Of a DNA stretch of 64,000 bases, positions 37,801 to 50,718 are shown one piece after another. The notes beneath the pieces are model-generated. The model saw only the letters and a list, made by a program, of their open reading frames with translations, did not search any database and was not told the origin of the DNA. Source of the stretch: Ruditapes philippinarum (Eukaryota); the NCBI RefSeq assembly GCF_026571515.1, contig NW_026859959.1, forward strand, positions 248,001-312,000, given 5' to 3'. The stretch's first letter is position 1. Each line of letters starts with the position of its first letter. The translations under genes and the position numbers were made by a program.

Positions 37801-39842
37801 GAATGTTTTCACTTCTGTCAACACTTATTTTTTGTCTGTTACAATCCTCAAATAAGTTTTCTTTCTTTTAAAAAGGTGTATGACTAACAAATCCAAATTA
37901 TATCCTTCTGAATCTTACACAATTATTTTCCTCCATGAAATACACAACTTTAAAAAAATGGCTGCCGCTTACATTTTACAAAGCCAGGTCTAATATAAAT
38001 TCGCAGTAAGTAACAGAAATATGGATGGATGGTTGGACTTTTTCTCCTACAAGAATTGTTTGTTTTTATTATTAAAACAAGCGATCGTTCATATTTTTTT
38101 AATAAAATGAATAAATATCACCGTCATTTAACCTTGATTGGCGGACTTATTTTCTAGCTCAAGACTTCTTGTTTTAATGAGAAATTCCCTCTAAATGGGG
38201 CTCTCAATGGGGGAAACAGATTTTAATATTAACGTTAAAATTATGGAAATTTCGTTTCAACTTGTTTTAAAGCATAAAATAAAAAGAAAATTTGTCTGTT
38301 TGTTGTGTAAGATGTAATTTTATTTCATCTTGTGAGAATACTGTTTTTAAAGCCCACTCATGAAATAAAATTTCATCTTACACACAAACATACAAATATC
38401 CTCTATATAGTTTTTAAAGCACCATATTTCTTGTGCAAATTGAATAATTCGCAATATTTCATGTTTAAGGAAATAACAAATTTCGATCTTACATGAAAAA
38501 CAAACAAATAAACATTTACTGCCTTGTAATGAAAATCAAAGTACGGAATGGTAGACTATGGAAAAACTCACATACTACTGCAAAATCTTTATTATTCGTG
38601 CTGTACTGATTTTCGTGATTTTCAAATAAGTTTTAGATCAAGCAAAATTTATTTCGTTGGCTGTTATATATTTTTGTTTAATATCTTATCTGCATTTTAC
38701 TTCCTGGCAAAAACAGACAATGTACGAAGTTAAATTAAAAAACACGAAACATTCTTTCATGACGAAATCACGAAATTTCATACATACGAAGACAAGTGAA
38801 TTCGCAGTATACTTCATGTGTAAGAAAAATAAATTAATGTAGCTGAAATTGTCAAATATAAACGCCGTGGTTGAGTTCATGGTTGTTATTTCGTTTCACT
38901 ACCAGTTCGCAATAAAGACGAAAAACACTTTAAAAAAATATATTTCCAGGCAAATATTTTTTTTCTCAGAAAAGTGTATCTTATTGATAATGTACAATAT
39001 AAAAACTGTAAATATATAATGTTATACGTACGTTATATTTCGTGTGACATTGTTTCTATACGAACATCGTGGCAAATGAATGAGTACTGGTATTGGTTCT
39101 GGAACATATTGTATTCCAAAATAAAAGTACTGGTACTGCGTCAAAATCAAGTATTTTATTTTATAATGCATTTTCATTCATGATAATGAGATAAGATTTC
39201 ATAACTACAAGATAATTTTCTGGTTGTTGCGAAATACTTTGCAATTATAACGAGATAATACCTTTCCAGAAACACAAGATAATTTTTTTGTTGTAACTAC
39301 ATACTTGATGTCATACTTGATGTCATACTTGACAATATGTTAACTGTCTCTATTCGGTTTTTGTGAAAACTGTTTCATTAAAGTATCGTTTTTTTTACTT
39401 GTATTCGCTTATTTCAGATAAAGTTGTGTCACCAAATATTGCATTTCATGCGAAGAACGTGAAAAATAGAAATCCCGTGGCTGGTGATACCATTGTATTC
39501 ACTGATATTCTCCTTAATCTTGGCGAGAGTTACAATACTGATACTGGAGTATTTACTGTTCCACTTGGAGGCATTTATCTGTTTACTGTTCAGTTATGTA
39601 TTTATAAGAGTCAACCATTTGATTATGGATTAATTATTGATGGTGTTTATATAGATAAAGCAAGATATCGACACAACAATAATGGAGCTTCCTGCCACAA
39701 GTTAACTACAACAATCTCAGTAAAGTCAGGGAACAAAGTTTGGGTAAAGGTGATATATCGATCTGGAAGCGGCCAAATTTTACTTCACAGTGACACAAGC
39801 TATTGGACATCATTCTCCGGAGTTCTCATTCATACATATTGA
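31884..39842 (+). CDS. C1qDC subfamily D copy 1 (intact, about 246 aa, 7.2-kb intron)
   Basis: Exon 1 31884-32199 (MKTYLIILTVIIACSS EPHCS..YEEKLLEKM coiled coil). Exon 2 39418-39842 (IAFHA..IVFTDILLNLGESYNTDTGVFTVPLGGIYLF..WTSFSGVLI). Phase 1. Confidence 0.87.
33225..34157 (-). mobile_element. 3' fragment of a non-LTR retrotransposon (RTEX-like)
   Basis: LYGSEIWG..FCKHVLGV..AVLGELGRLPL..FWLKI; RFRLNSHHLEIETGRY..RLCKLC. Confidence 0.8.
34262..34432. mobile_element. Short hAT-like MITE
   Basis: TIR CAGGGCTTC / GAAGCCCTG with flanking direct repeat TTGGAC. Confidence 0.65.
35903..36905 (-). mobile_element. Internally deleted mariner (Tc1/mariner) transposon
   Basis: About 31-bp perfect TIR CGAGGGGTGTTCGGGAAGTTTAAGGACTTTT; TA TSD; minus-strand relic HPPYSRDLAPMDFRVFPEIKAQLRGRRF and KCIAVNGDHVQK. 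Confidence 0.92.
37374..38410 (+). repeat. Intra-intronic duplicate of 32228-34990 lacking the hAT insertion
   Basis: Collinear matches aatgacgaaactacttttt.., ttaaaacaagcgatc.., ttttaatatt.., aaatatcctctatata; carries its own insertion of about 580 bp. Confidence 0.8.
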
Positions 39843-40949
39843 TTCAGTATGTTCAAATTAAAGTATACATACAAAGAAGTATAACATTTACTTGATTATA
39901 TTTTAACGTTTGGATTGTATTACTCAGAGTGTTTTAATTGATTATATTTTATATTCATCCTTTTCCAATAACAGTGCTTGTTTTTTAAAAATACTTCTAA
40001 GTACATTTTCTATATTATAATTGCAATAATGTGATATATTTTTACAATAAAATAATGAACAATTTTGACTGCACAATAATACATCATTCATAAACAAATG
40101 GAAATTTTAGCAGACCGAAGTATATAAAATGTGAAAAAAGATATTGCAAACACACAAACATTTTATCAATCTTATGTTTACATGTAATTATAATCATATC
40201 AAATAGTTTTGATAAGATAATTGTATTTAAATCAAAGAAAACCTATTAGTATTTACCTGTAAGATCCAATTGTACATGTTTTTCACGTGTTAACATCAGT
40301 TATTATTCATATTTCACTATGAAGTACCAGTTATGATCCTGAACATCAGTAGTCATTTATATGCCACTCATGAGGACCAGTTGTTACATTTTCAAAAATC
40401 ATTAAAATATTGTTTCCTGCTCCTCCATTTTCTACTTTCATTTTAATTTGTAATAAAACGTTAGAAATATATTCCTGGTTCAATGGTGGAAATGGGGTAG
40501 GAATATTTTTGTATGTATGGTTTGTTACAGCGTGCGAAAAAAATAAATTGGCCGTGTTTATCTATCTTAAAGAGAAGATAAGTAATATAAAATATCATTA
40601 ATCCTCCATAGGAAAGTTGAAAAATGTAAGAAATATTTTACTGTCTAGCATGAACATTATTTCCGGATATTCAGCTTGATAACGAAAGTTAAAATTGTGT
40701 TGTCAGCTTATAATGAATTTTGCTGGGCCAGAATCCCATAAGACTATTATTCGTTCTATTGAAATACTAAAGCCTCAAATGCATGTTATATTTTTCTTTT
40801 TCTGGACTTCTTTTTAGAGATGCTGTCCCGAATATCAAATACTCAATGTTGGTTTCAAAATAAATTATGAAAGTTCATTTTGATACAGAGATGTTTCAGC
40901 AAAATCACCCACTGACTCACTCACACAAACACGTACGTGCGCCACTGAC

Positions 40950-41013
40950 ACTCACTCACTTACTCACTCACTCACTCACTCACTCACTCACTCACTCACT
41001 CACTCACTCACTC
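40950..41013. repeat. (TCAC)n microsatellite
   Basis: Direct inspection. Confidence 0.95.
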
Positions 41014-41349
41014 AAAGGAACATGCACATAATTCATTTTTTTAAACACAGCTAGTTGTTCTTGCACTTGTTATAAAATCTTAAATGCATCAACACTTGAT
41101 ATTAAATTTTAGGTTGAAAGGTATTTGTATGTTAGAGATTTATTTAACCATAAAAAATCAGTCTAATGATAATAATAAATGCCAGTTTAATTATAAATTA
41201 TAAACATATGTTGTGAAGTGTTTTTCGACCATATACAACCGCGTATTTACAAATATTTAAACGCTAACATAATATAGCACACACACACAAGTGTTTTGTC
41301 TTTAATGCGTGAAGTTCAACGGTTGATGTGGTTCTTTTCTCAGCTTTTT

Positions 41350-41543
41350 TAAACATATTTATTATTTGTGCTCGTTGACGAAACAAGCTCTTGCAACTGA
41401 TGTTAATCACGTTCGAGTCCCCTTCCTGATACAAACTAGTACTGATGTCAAATGAAGAAACATCGTCGTGACCCGATTATGGTTCGATCCCATGATCCCT
41501 GGGTTGAGAGGCAGACACCTTAACCACTAGGTCTACGCTCCCC
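41350..41543 (-). mobile_element. tRNA-derived SINE (Meta-SINE-like)
   Basis: Minus strand GGGGAGCGTAGACCTAGTGGTTAAG (A-box), GGATCGAACC (B-box), then CAGTACTAG..CAGGAAG.GGACTCGA body. Confidence 0.75.
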
Positions 41544-43107
41544 TTTTTTCATTGATATATGGCCACACGTTAAGGAGAAGAATTCTATAAGACCTAGTCT
41601 TTCGTTCTAATCCTCTTCATTGAATATTGTTAAATTTTGTATGTGTATATAATTCAAATGTTATTATGTACATATTCTGAGAATAAATATGTTTAAACTA
41701 AACCGAGTAATATCTATCTACGTATTCAACCTGCTCATCTGGCGTTGTCATCTATAAGTAAATCTTAAAAAGGGAATTTACCTGTGTTACTAAATCCCAC
41801 CAAAGCATAATACCGAAAGCATGTTATTGTTTAGAAAGGTTTGCCTGAGACGTATAACTAAGAATAACCAGCATATCACTTGCTTTACTAGCCTCAGTGA
41901 CAAGGTGTTAGACTTTCAGTTACATCCAAATTGAAGATTTTGTGTCCGATGTTTTAGTGGTTTTTTTCTTTGTATGAATTTGATTATATTTTGCAAAACT
42001 TAACAATTATGTGTTATTTATGAGAACTTCTATGTAAGTCGTACATATTGATTAAATGAAATGTAAAAGTTTTATATGTATATTTATCAAAATTAATAAT
42101 TTATGGAATTTAAAATAAGGTAGATTTATCAACTCATGTTTCAAATAATTAAAAGAAATAACGAAAACTCCCTTATGAATAATATACAAAAGATTTGTCA
42201 AAGATTGGAACTTGCAACTACGTGTTAACAACTCGTGAGTCTCATGTGAATAATGTCATACAATATCAAGATAAAGATAAGCAATGAGATCTTTTATATA
42301 TATCTTAATTTAAGTTGACTCTTACTGTTTTATTATGATTGACACGTATAAACACTATTTAGTAAATCAGCTAGTGACATTTTCTTGTTTGTGTAAAATT
42401 ATGTATTATGCACACACGATGTGTTTATCAAATGACACTGTAAGTTGTTTTGTTGTTATTCTGAAAATAAATATGCATGTTTTGGTTTATTTTATTATCT
42501 TATGTATAGCCTTATATCCATCAATTTGTGGTGACATTGAAAAGACACGAATATAGAATACATTATATAAATAATCCTACATCAAACATACGTATCAGTT
42601 AAATTAAAGTTACAAGATTTAAGTGTTTTAAGGATATTCTTTAGTTCAGAAATTATTCTCATGAATTCCGGTTGTCTATCTGGTATCCGTACTTTTCATG
42701 TATTTTATGTGACAGTGTTATAATGTCCATTTCAATATCAAAGCATTAATTTCATGAAAACCAAGCCATTAAATGAATGATTTACTGCGATCGCAGCAAA
42801 AACTCCAGCATTTGCCTTTTGAAATCGATATCAATAACGAAGGAAAACAATCAAAACCATTTTGTCTGAACAAATATAACCGAAGTGTAAATTGCCAAAA
42901 TTGTTAACCCGTTCGTATAATTTAGCTTAGTAGATTGACATAAACACTTTGGCAACCGTAAACATTCTTAATTAAAGTAAATGATAGGCTTTCTAAAACC
43001 ACACGTATTTTTTTTTTTAAATCTAAATCCGGGCTCAAACTGAAATTGTTTATAACTAAGATACTGTGCTGAGAAGCAAGTCGATTCAGTATTATTTAGT
43101 TGTCATC

Positions 43108-45337
43108 ATGAACACATATTTAATAATACTAACTGTGATTGTTGCATGCTCCTCGGAGCCACACTGCTCCAAATTTCACTATGAGGAAAAACTGTTAGAA
43201 AAAATGATCAGGACAGAAATTCTTGTTGAAAATATGAAGAAACACATAGATGATATAGAAGCTAGAGTTACCGGGGTATTAGCCAAACTTAAGGAGGATA
43301 CAACCACATTGAAAGGTGAAATAGAAGAGATGCAAGAAAACAGTGCAAACCTTATCACATTGCAAGAGAAAGCAAAGAGCGAGCTGGACAAAAATATGCA
43401 AGCAGTGCAAGACCTTAAAGGTAATTTGTCTTATTATGATTGCCTTACTCAAAAATGATTAATTTCAATTTAACAAAACCCTTAATTTAAAAGAACGGAA
43501 ATATTGTACATAAATTCTTATTTGTAAGAAAATACATAAGTCATTGGTTTAAATAATTGAATAAGCATCAATTATCATATTTGTATAAAATTTATTGTAG
43601 TATAACATGCACTTTAGTGAACAGATGAATTATATTTTGATAACTTCACAGTGAATATACCGGTATATAATATAAGCTTCACTGTAGCTGGAGTATATCT
43701 GAATACGGATGAAAAGAAAATACCTTATTAAGAGGAAAACGGGAAGCATACACATGAATAACTGCATGTATCATTTTAAAAATCTAAAAAAGTACTGAAT
43801 TACATTCCAACAAGAACAATGTGACGTCATATTTGTTTACACGCAGTAAAAATCAGTAAACGTGATTTATTAAATACCTTAAAGCATGAAGTTAATAGAA
43901 AATTTGTTTCCATTGCATGTAAGATCAAATTATATTTCGGTCGTGAACACAAGATCTATATTTTCACTCGTGGCTACATCACTCGTGGAAATTTTACATC
44001 TGGTGTTCACGAGTGTAGCAGAGACGGAAGTTTTTTTCTATAAAAAAGGATCTATTTTCATCGAATCGTTTGAGAAATGTTTCATGAATGGCGGCGACCA
44101 CGACTGAAATATTGTAATTTTCATAGCACAAAAGGAGGACAAATCCCGTTGTTATAGAAAAACGTGGAAATTCTGTTTATTACATACTTTTCTCTTGTTT
44201 ACGCCTTACAAAAGAATATATCATTTAGTATTTTGTATTGTAATTAAAAAGAAAATTTTCTGACAAGAAATCAATGAAATACAGATAATATGTTTCACTG
44301 CAGTAATGAGGTACTTTAAAATTGAAAATATTGAAAGCGAATATACGCATTTTGTTTCATCAATATTTCATTTAAAACTGTAGCTTAAGGTATTTTTGTA
44401 TTACATTATTTTTTTTTATAATCATTTGGCAGAACAGAATCCTACAAATTTAAAAACACACGGAAATGTCTTTAATGACGAAAACACGGAATTTCATGCC
44501 CACGAAAGTAAAAAATTCAGATTACCCATCATATATTAGAACAATGAGATAACGCCGCTGCAATTTTCTTTCAGATATAAACGCCGTTATTGGGGTCACT
44601 GTTGATATTTCGTTACTTTTCTAGTTCGTAGTTAAAACTATTAGCACTGATCAAGAAATTTTATTCAGCAAATCCATTTTTTAAGAATCAGATTTTTTTT
44701 ATAAATACATGATATTAAAATATTACCTTTATTTTATCACTTAACAATATTTCTTTACGAAAACCATGGCAAATTATTGAGTACTTATTGAACTGGAATT
44801 TAATGACTGCGGAAATAAAAGTACTAGTACTGCATTGAAATCTAATACCGTACTTAATTGTAAAAACTGTTATATTGACGTATGTGTTTTACATGTATAC
44901 GTTAATTTCAGATAAAGTTGTGTCACCAAATATTGCTTTCATGCGAAGAACGTGAAAAATATCAGTCCTACAGATGGCGATACCATTGTATTCACTGACA
45001 TTCTCCTTAACCTTGGCGAGAGTTACAATACTTATACTGGAGTATTTACTGTTCCACTTGGAGGCATTTATCTGTTTACTGTTCAGTTATGTATTTATCA
45101 AGGTAAGCGATCAGATTATGGATTGGTCGTTGATGGTGTTAATGTGGATGTGGCAATATACCAGGACAACTATCATGGTCATGCATCCTGCTACAAGTTA
45201 ACTACAATAGTCTCAGTAAAGTCAGGCAACAAAGTTTTGGTGAAGGTGATATATCGACCTAATAGCGGCCAACTTTTTTTCACAGTGACACAAACTATTG
45301 GACATCATGTTCCGGAGTTCTAGTTCAGACAGATTAG
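43108..45337 (+). pseudogene. C1qDC subfamily D copy 2 (two 1-nt deletions in exon 2)
   Basis: Exon 1 43108-43420 is intact. Exon 2 44912-45337 has single-base deletions at about 44936 and 45278 relative to D1 and D3. Confidence 0.8.
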
Positions 45338-48179
45338 TTCTGTATATTCAAATTGAAATAAACATATTAAAGAATACAACGTTGACAAGAAAACGTTGAC
45401 TTATTTATATTTTAACGTTTGTCCAGAATGTATAAATTTTAGTGTTTTAACTGAATTTTCTTCTATTTTGCTTTCGGTAGATTACAATGCTTATTTTTAT
45501 ATAATACTTAAAATATTATTATTAATTGCAATAATTTAATATAATATGGTATATTTTTCACAAAAATAATGAACAATTGTTTCTATGGCGGTCGGACGAA
45601 CAATTTTGATAGCGCAATAAGAACATCAATCATAAGCAAATGGAAATTTCAGCAGACCGTCTACACACCATTAAATGTATGTAAAAATGTGAAAAAGATA
45701 TTTGAAACACACACATATGTTTAGATGATATATCTTATCAAATTATTTTAATAAAATATTTATGTAAAACGATAGAAAACCTATAAGCCAGTACCTGTAA
45801 GATCCAATTAAACATGTATTTCACTTACGAGCACCAGTTATAATTCATATTTCATACTTGAATTATAATCTTGAACAACAGTAGTTAACCAGTAAAAATA
45901 TATTCCTTATTCAATAAAGGAAGAGGGGTATGTGTGTTTGTATGATTTATTACAACGTACGAAAAAAAGCCAAAATAATATTGGCCGTGGTTATCAAACT
46001 TCCAGAGAAGGTAAGTAATTTAACAGTAAACACAGGTAATGGTCACGGTTAACAGTAATTATCGATCCTCCATAGGAAGGTTGAAAATGTAAGAAATATT
46101 TTACTGTCTACAATGAACATTATTTCCGGAAGTTCAGCTTGATTACCAAGTTAAATTTGTATCGTCAGATTAGCATGAATTACTAAAGTGCATTGTATCT
46201 AGTAGATTTTGCTGGATCAGAGCCGCAAAAGGCAATTATGATATACCTTCCATTAAAATACAAAAGCATATTCTTCTAACTGGTTTTATTTGACTATATG
46301 ATTTGGATCAAGGAAAATATGCGGAAGTTATATAATACATTTACTAAGTTGCTAAATTTAAGCTCAGTTTAAGTTCGCTTGATGGCTCAAGAGTCTATGT
46401 ATTATTAGATTAAGCGTAAAGTCTAAAACAGACGTTAACAACCCATACAAAATCACGTATGAAAATATGAATCATTCAAGCAATAACAGACATACGAATG
46501 TAAAATAAATTCAGTTTCCAATAAAAGATATAAAAAACTCTTGGATGAAAATATTAAATCATTTTAGAAAATGTGGCAACCGCTGTCACGAATGTCAAGT
46601 ACTCAATATTGGTAACGAGATCAATTATGAAAGTTCATTAGGGTACAGAGATGTTTCTCCGTTTGTTCATATTNNNNNNNNNNNNNNNNNNNNNNNNNNN
46701 NNNNNNNNNNNNNNNNNNNNNNNNNNNNNNNNNNNNNNNNNNNNNNNNNNNNNNNNNNNNNNNNNNNNNNNNNNNNNNNNNNNNNNNNNNNNNNNNNNNN
46801 NNNNNNNNNNNNNNNNNNNNNNNNNNNNNNNNNNNNNNNNNNNNNNNNNNNNNNNNNNNNNNNNNNNNNNNNNNNNNNNNNNNNNNNNNNNNNNNNNNNN
46901 NNNNNNNNNNNNNNNNNNNNNNNNNNNNNNNNNNNNNNNNNNNNNNNNNNNNNNNNNNNNNNNNNNNNNNNNNNNNNNNNNNNNNAACGGTTATTGTTGA
47001 TTTTTTTCTAGAGATTATTTTTTTTCAAAAAGATTTAATTACAATGTACTACATAAGTGGGCAAAAAGATATCCCCTTCAGCAAACAATTTCATGAAATA
47101 TCAAGTTATATAATATATACATGTACAAATGTATATATGTGATATGCCTCCGTGAAAATACCGCTTAAGGTAAAATATCTTTTAAATCAGATTAATTAGT
47201 TAATTGATATTCAATACTCAGTTATTTTGGATTCATATTCGTAATTAGGTTAACATCTCTGACTTTGGGAATCACATGATTTTTCCAATCTCAAGTGATA
47301 ATATGAATCATTCATTGCAGCAGAAGTTAAAAAGAACGCCGTCATCCGGAAGTTGTTGGTAACCACACTTTTCAGGCGTCCTTTCGTTATCTATTGCTCA
47401 AAATTATGCTTTGTAGATATTTGACACAAAAAGAACACGTTTAATTAGCACATGATTCGAAAGTTAATAGTATCACATAAGAAAATATAACAATGTACAT
47501 AATGACGTCAGCAACAAGAAGATACCGGAAGATGCCCTGGTGGCGCTGATGTACCATCTGGTTGCGATGGCTGGAAAAGACTGAAGAAGAAATTTCATAC
47601 TGGAATAATATTTTTTTTCAAAATATTTCTTATCTTTTTTTAGAATGAATTAATATTTAAGCGATTTGATATATAAATTAAATTTCTGTTATAAATTGAG
47701 TGCACCAAAATGTTATGGTAATTATATAACTCTCCTTGTCACGAGGACATATATGCACGTACATTTGGCCGGTTAAAATTAATCTGAAATAATATGACTC
47801 TTTTCTAACATAGAATATCATAACATAGAATGTCTTTAGCCTGTACCGAAAATAAATATTAAAAACAAAACATTGAAACAACCAACAAAGAAAAAAAGGA
47901 AAGAAAGTAAAGACAAAAACAAACTAACTATGAAACTTTAAAAACAAGCAATTATCATAGTATTGCAAGGAATCCATAAGTCCCCTACCGATTAGAACCC
48001 CAGCAACATTCTAAAGGGCCATTGGCCATTCACCTATGTTTCAATTTTTCTCTATTATAGGTAAATTTGTTGGAAGTGATCACAGGAATTCCCGTTTTTT
48101 ATGAACAGACAGACAGACGGACTGATACCCTTCTAAAGTTATTTTTTTAAACATCTCTGTTACCAAAATATAACATTTT

Positions 48180-48870
48180 TAAAAGCAAAATTCTTAAAGA
48201 GGAGATAACTCTTGAAATAAAGAACAAGACGTCATACATGATGTGAGAGTTAACAAAGAACAATTAGTAATAAAGCTGTTCATAATGAATGTTTATTTTG
48301 AATTTGAAGTAAAAGGAAGTTACAAGAATGAATAAAGAAAAAATCAAAGTTTAAGGAGAAGATAATTCTGGAAATATGGATACTAGATTTATAAACCTTG
48401 TCATATTATTATAATGTGGGGATTTGAAGTAAATCCTGTAAGTAATGAAGAAGTTAGAGTATACCAATTTCTCGAAAAAAATCTAAGTTCAAGGGGGACA
48501 TAATTCTGGAAATAGTCTTGCTAGNNNNNNNNNNNNNNNNNNNNNNNNNNNNNNNNNNNNNNNNNNNNNNNNNNNNNNNNNNNNNNNNNNNNNNNNNNNN
48601 NNNNNNNNNNNNNNNNNNNNNNNNNNNNNNNNNNNNNNNNNNNNNNNNNNNNNNNNNNNNNNNNNNNNNNNNNNNNNNNNNNNNNTAAGAAATAAAGAAG
48701 TTAAAAAAAACTTTTTTTATGAAAATTGCAAGTTCAAGGGAGGCAATTCTGATAATTTGTGTGCTATAGTTGTAAACCTTGTCACATATGATGTGGTTGA
48801 TGACCAGAAAGTTATATTTGAAGTTTGAAATTAATACCTTAAGAAATTAGGAACTTAAAGTGAAAAAGCC
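48180..48870. repeat. Diverged tandem repeat (about 140-bp unit) spanning an assembly gap
   Basis: Recurrent aagtt(c/t)aagg.g..ataattctgg and tttgaagtaaa motifs at about 48350, 48485 and 48730. Confidence 0.6.
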
Positions 48871-48874
48871 GAAA

Positions 48875-49490
48875 AACTAGAATCAGAAATCTTGACGAGG
48901 TTGCCGATGTTTGTTAAGTATGACAACTCTCAATATACTTCCTATAGTCAAGATTAAAATGATGTGTAAAATTTCCATACTACCATCTATCCATATTTTA
49001 AGTTTCATAAAAAAAATTCAGCTCTTTTTGACTAATCAATGTATTGTTATATTTGCCATGTTTAAGCCTATTTGTTGCCATGGCAACCAATATGTAGTCA
49101 AAATAGGAAGAAAAGAAAAATACATGCATCATCTCCAGACTGCCATCTATCCATATTTTAAGTTTCATAAAAATATTTCCGGTACTTTTTGCGTTATCAC
49201 TGGATCCAGTTTATGTGTATAATTTGACATATTTTTAGTCTTTTTGTTGCCATAGCAACACGAATTTTCAACAAAGGAAGAAAAGAAAAAGACGTGAATA
49301 ATCGATCTCTATACTGCCATTTATCCATATCTCTAGATTCATAAAAGTATTTTCAGTATTTTTTGCGTTATCTCGGGATCAAGTTTTGTTGACGGACGGA
49401 CTGACAGACAGACAGACATACAGACAGACAGACGGACGGACGGAGGGTAAACCTAAAGTCCCCTCCGGTAAACCGATAGGGGTCTAACAA
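48875..49490 (+). mobile_element. HINE/pearl-like (Helentron-associated) non-autonomous element
   Basis: AACTAG start; three core repeats of about 160-175 bp (ctgccatctatccatattttaagtttcataaaa); (GACG/GACA)n microsatellite; 3' palindrome cccctccgg..ccgatagggg. Confidence 0.75.
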
Positions 49491-50354
49491 CCAATGTGAA
49501 GTATTTCTGTAATTATATCGGTAAAATGATGATGATGATAAGAATATGAATAATAAATATAGGTACACAACTTCCACTAACAGCCTTACCTGACCGTTCA
49601 TATATCTGTTTTTTCTCCTATATATCGAAGTTGACCGTCGGGAGTCTTTGTTCGGGCTTGCAGGAGAAATCCCTTAAACTGAGCATTGAAGCGCCCCCTG
49701 AATCCTCGAATATGAACTGAAAACACGACAGACATTGTCATAAAATAACATTATAGCTATAATTTAAGAAATAAATAATTCGAAAGCATGCGACGTCTTT
49801 GATAATTCCAACACAACTATATAGAAGACAATAAGGTATTTTCACTCTAGGAAGGTGCATATACACGCGTTTATATTCTGTATTTTCGTTATCCTTTAGC
49901 TTTTTACTCTACCTCAATGCATTGAGAAGTTACAGCACTTTGAAATCAGATTTGATGGAAAAAACAATATAATAAATAGTGATTTTTCGCAATTTTGAGA
50001 CGTCCCCAGGTTGCCATTGTAACAGAAAAATTAAGATTGAGCATGCTGTTACAGAGGTTATGGTTCAGTCAACATTTGTTTCATCAGTATTGAAGCATTT
50101 TTCTTAGTTTTATAGCAGTATGAACTTGTAACAGGAGGCTTTTCAATGAAAACGGCCATTATTCACAATATGCTCATGTGGTAAAAGGTTAATAATAAAA
50201 CAGTTTTTTTTTCAAGTGCAATGTATGTTTATCACGGAATATTTACAACAAAAAGCAAATTTGTAGTGTGATGTGTAAACGTGTAAAGTTACAAAATTCC
50301 TTGAGTGTCTCACTCCGGCAGAATGGCATATTTGCAAGTTTGTACACTATTTCT

Positions 50355-50718
50355 CATGGTGGCTGATTTGGTACAATTTGCGCGTTGCGTTGACGATAGC
50401 GACAACACAACCTATTTCATTATCGCGTTTTCGTCTTGTCGTCCTGTCACTAGCAAAGCGCACCAAACGGCGCGTTGTCGTGCGGTGCGTTATCGCGATG
50501 TCGTTTATCTCATACATATACCTAAAGCCAATCCTTCGATATAAGCCGAACGAAAATGTGACATCGCGACAACAAGCCGCTCGACAACGCGCCGTGTGGC
50601 ATACATCGTAAGCGACAGGGCGACAAGACGAAAGTCCGATAACGTGCCGTTTGGTGCTTTGTCTTGCTGTCGCTAGCGGCAACTTGTCGCACAAAAGTAT
50701 TCAAAATCAGCCACCATA
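50355..50718. mobile_element. GC-rich MITE
   Basis: TIR ATGGTGGCTGATTT / AAATCAGCCACCAT; internal TGTCG/CGACA repeats; flanking direct repeat ATTTCT. Confidence 0.8.

Noticed and set aside
46545-47142. ORFs spanning N runs
   Set aside because: Assembly gap artefacts.
50305-50704. Overlapping ORFs in a GC-rich island
   Set aside because: They lie within a TIR-bounded MITE; high GC explains the lack of stops.
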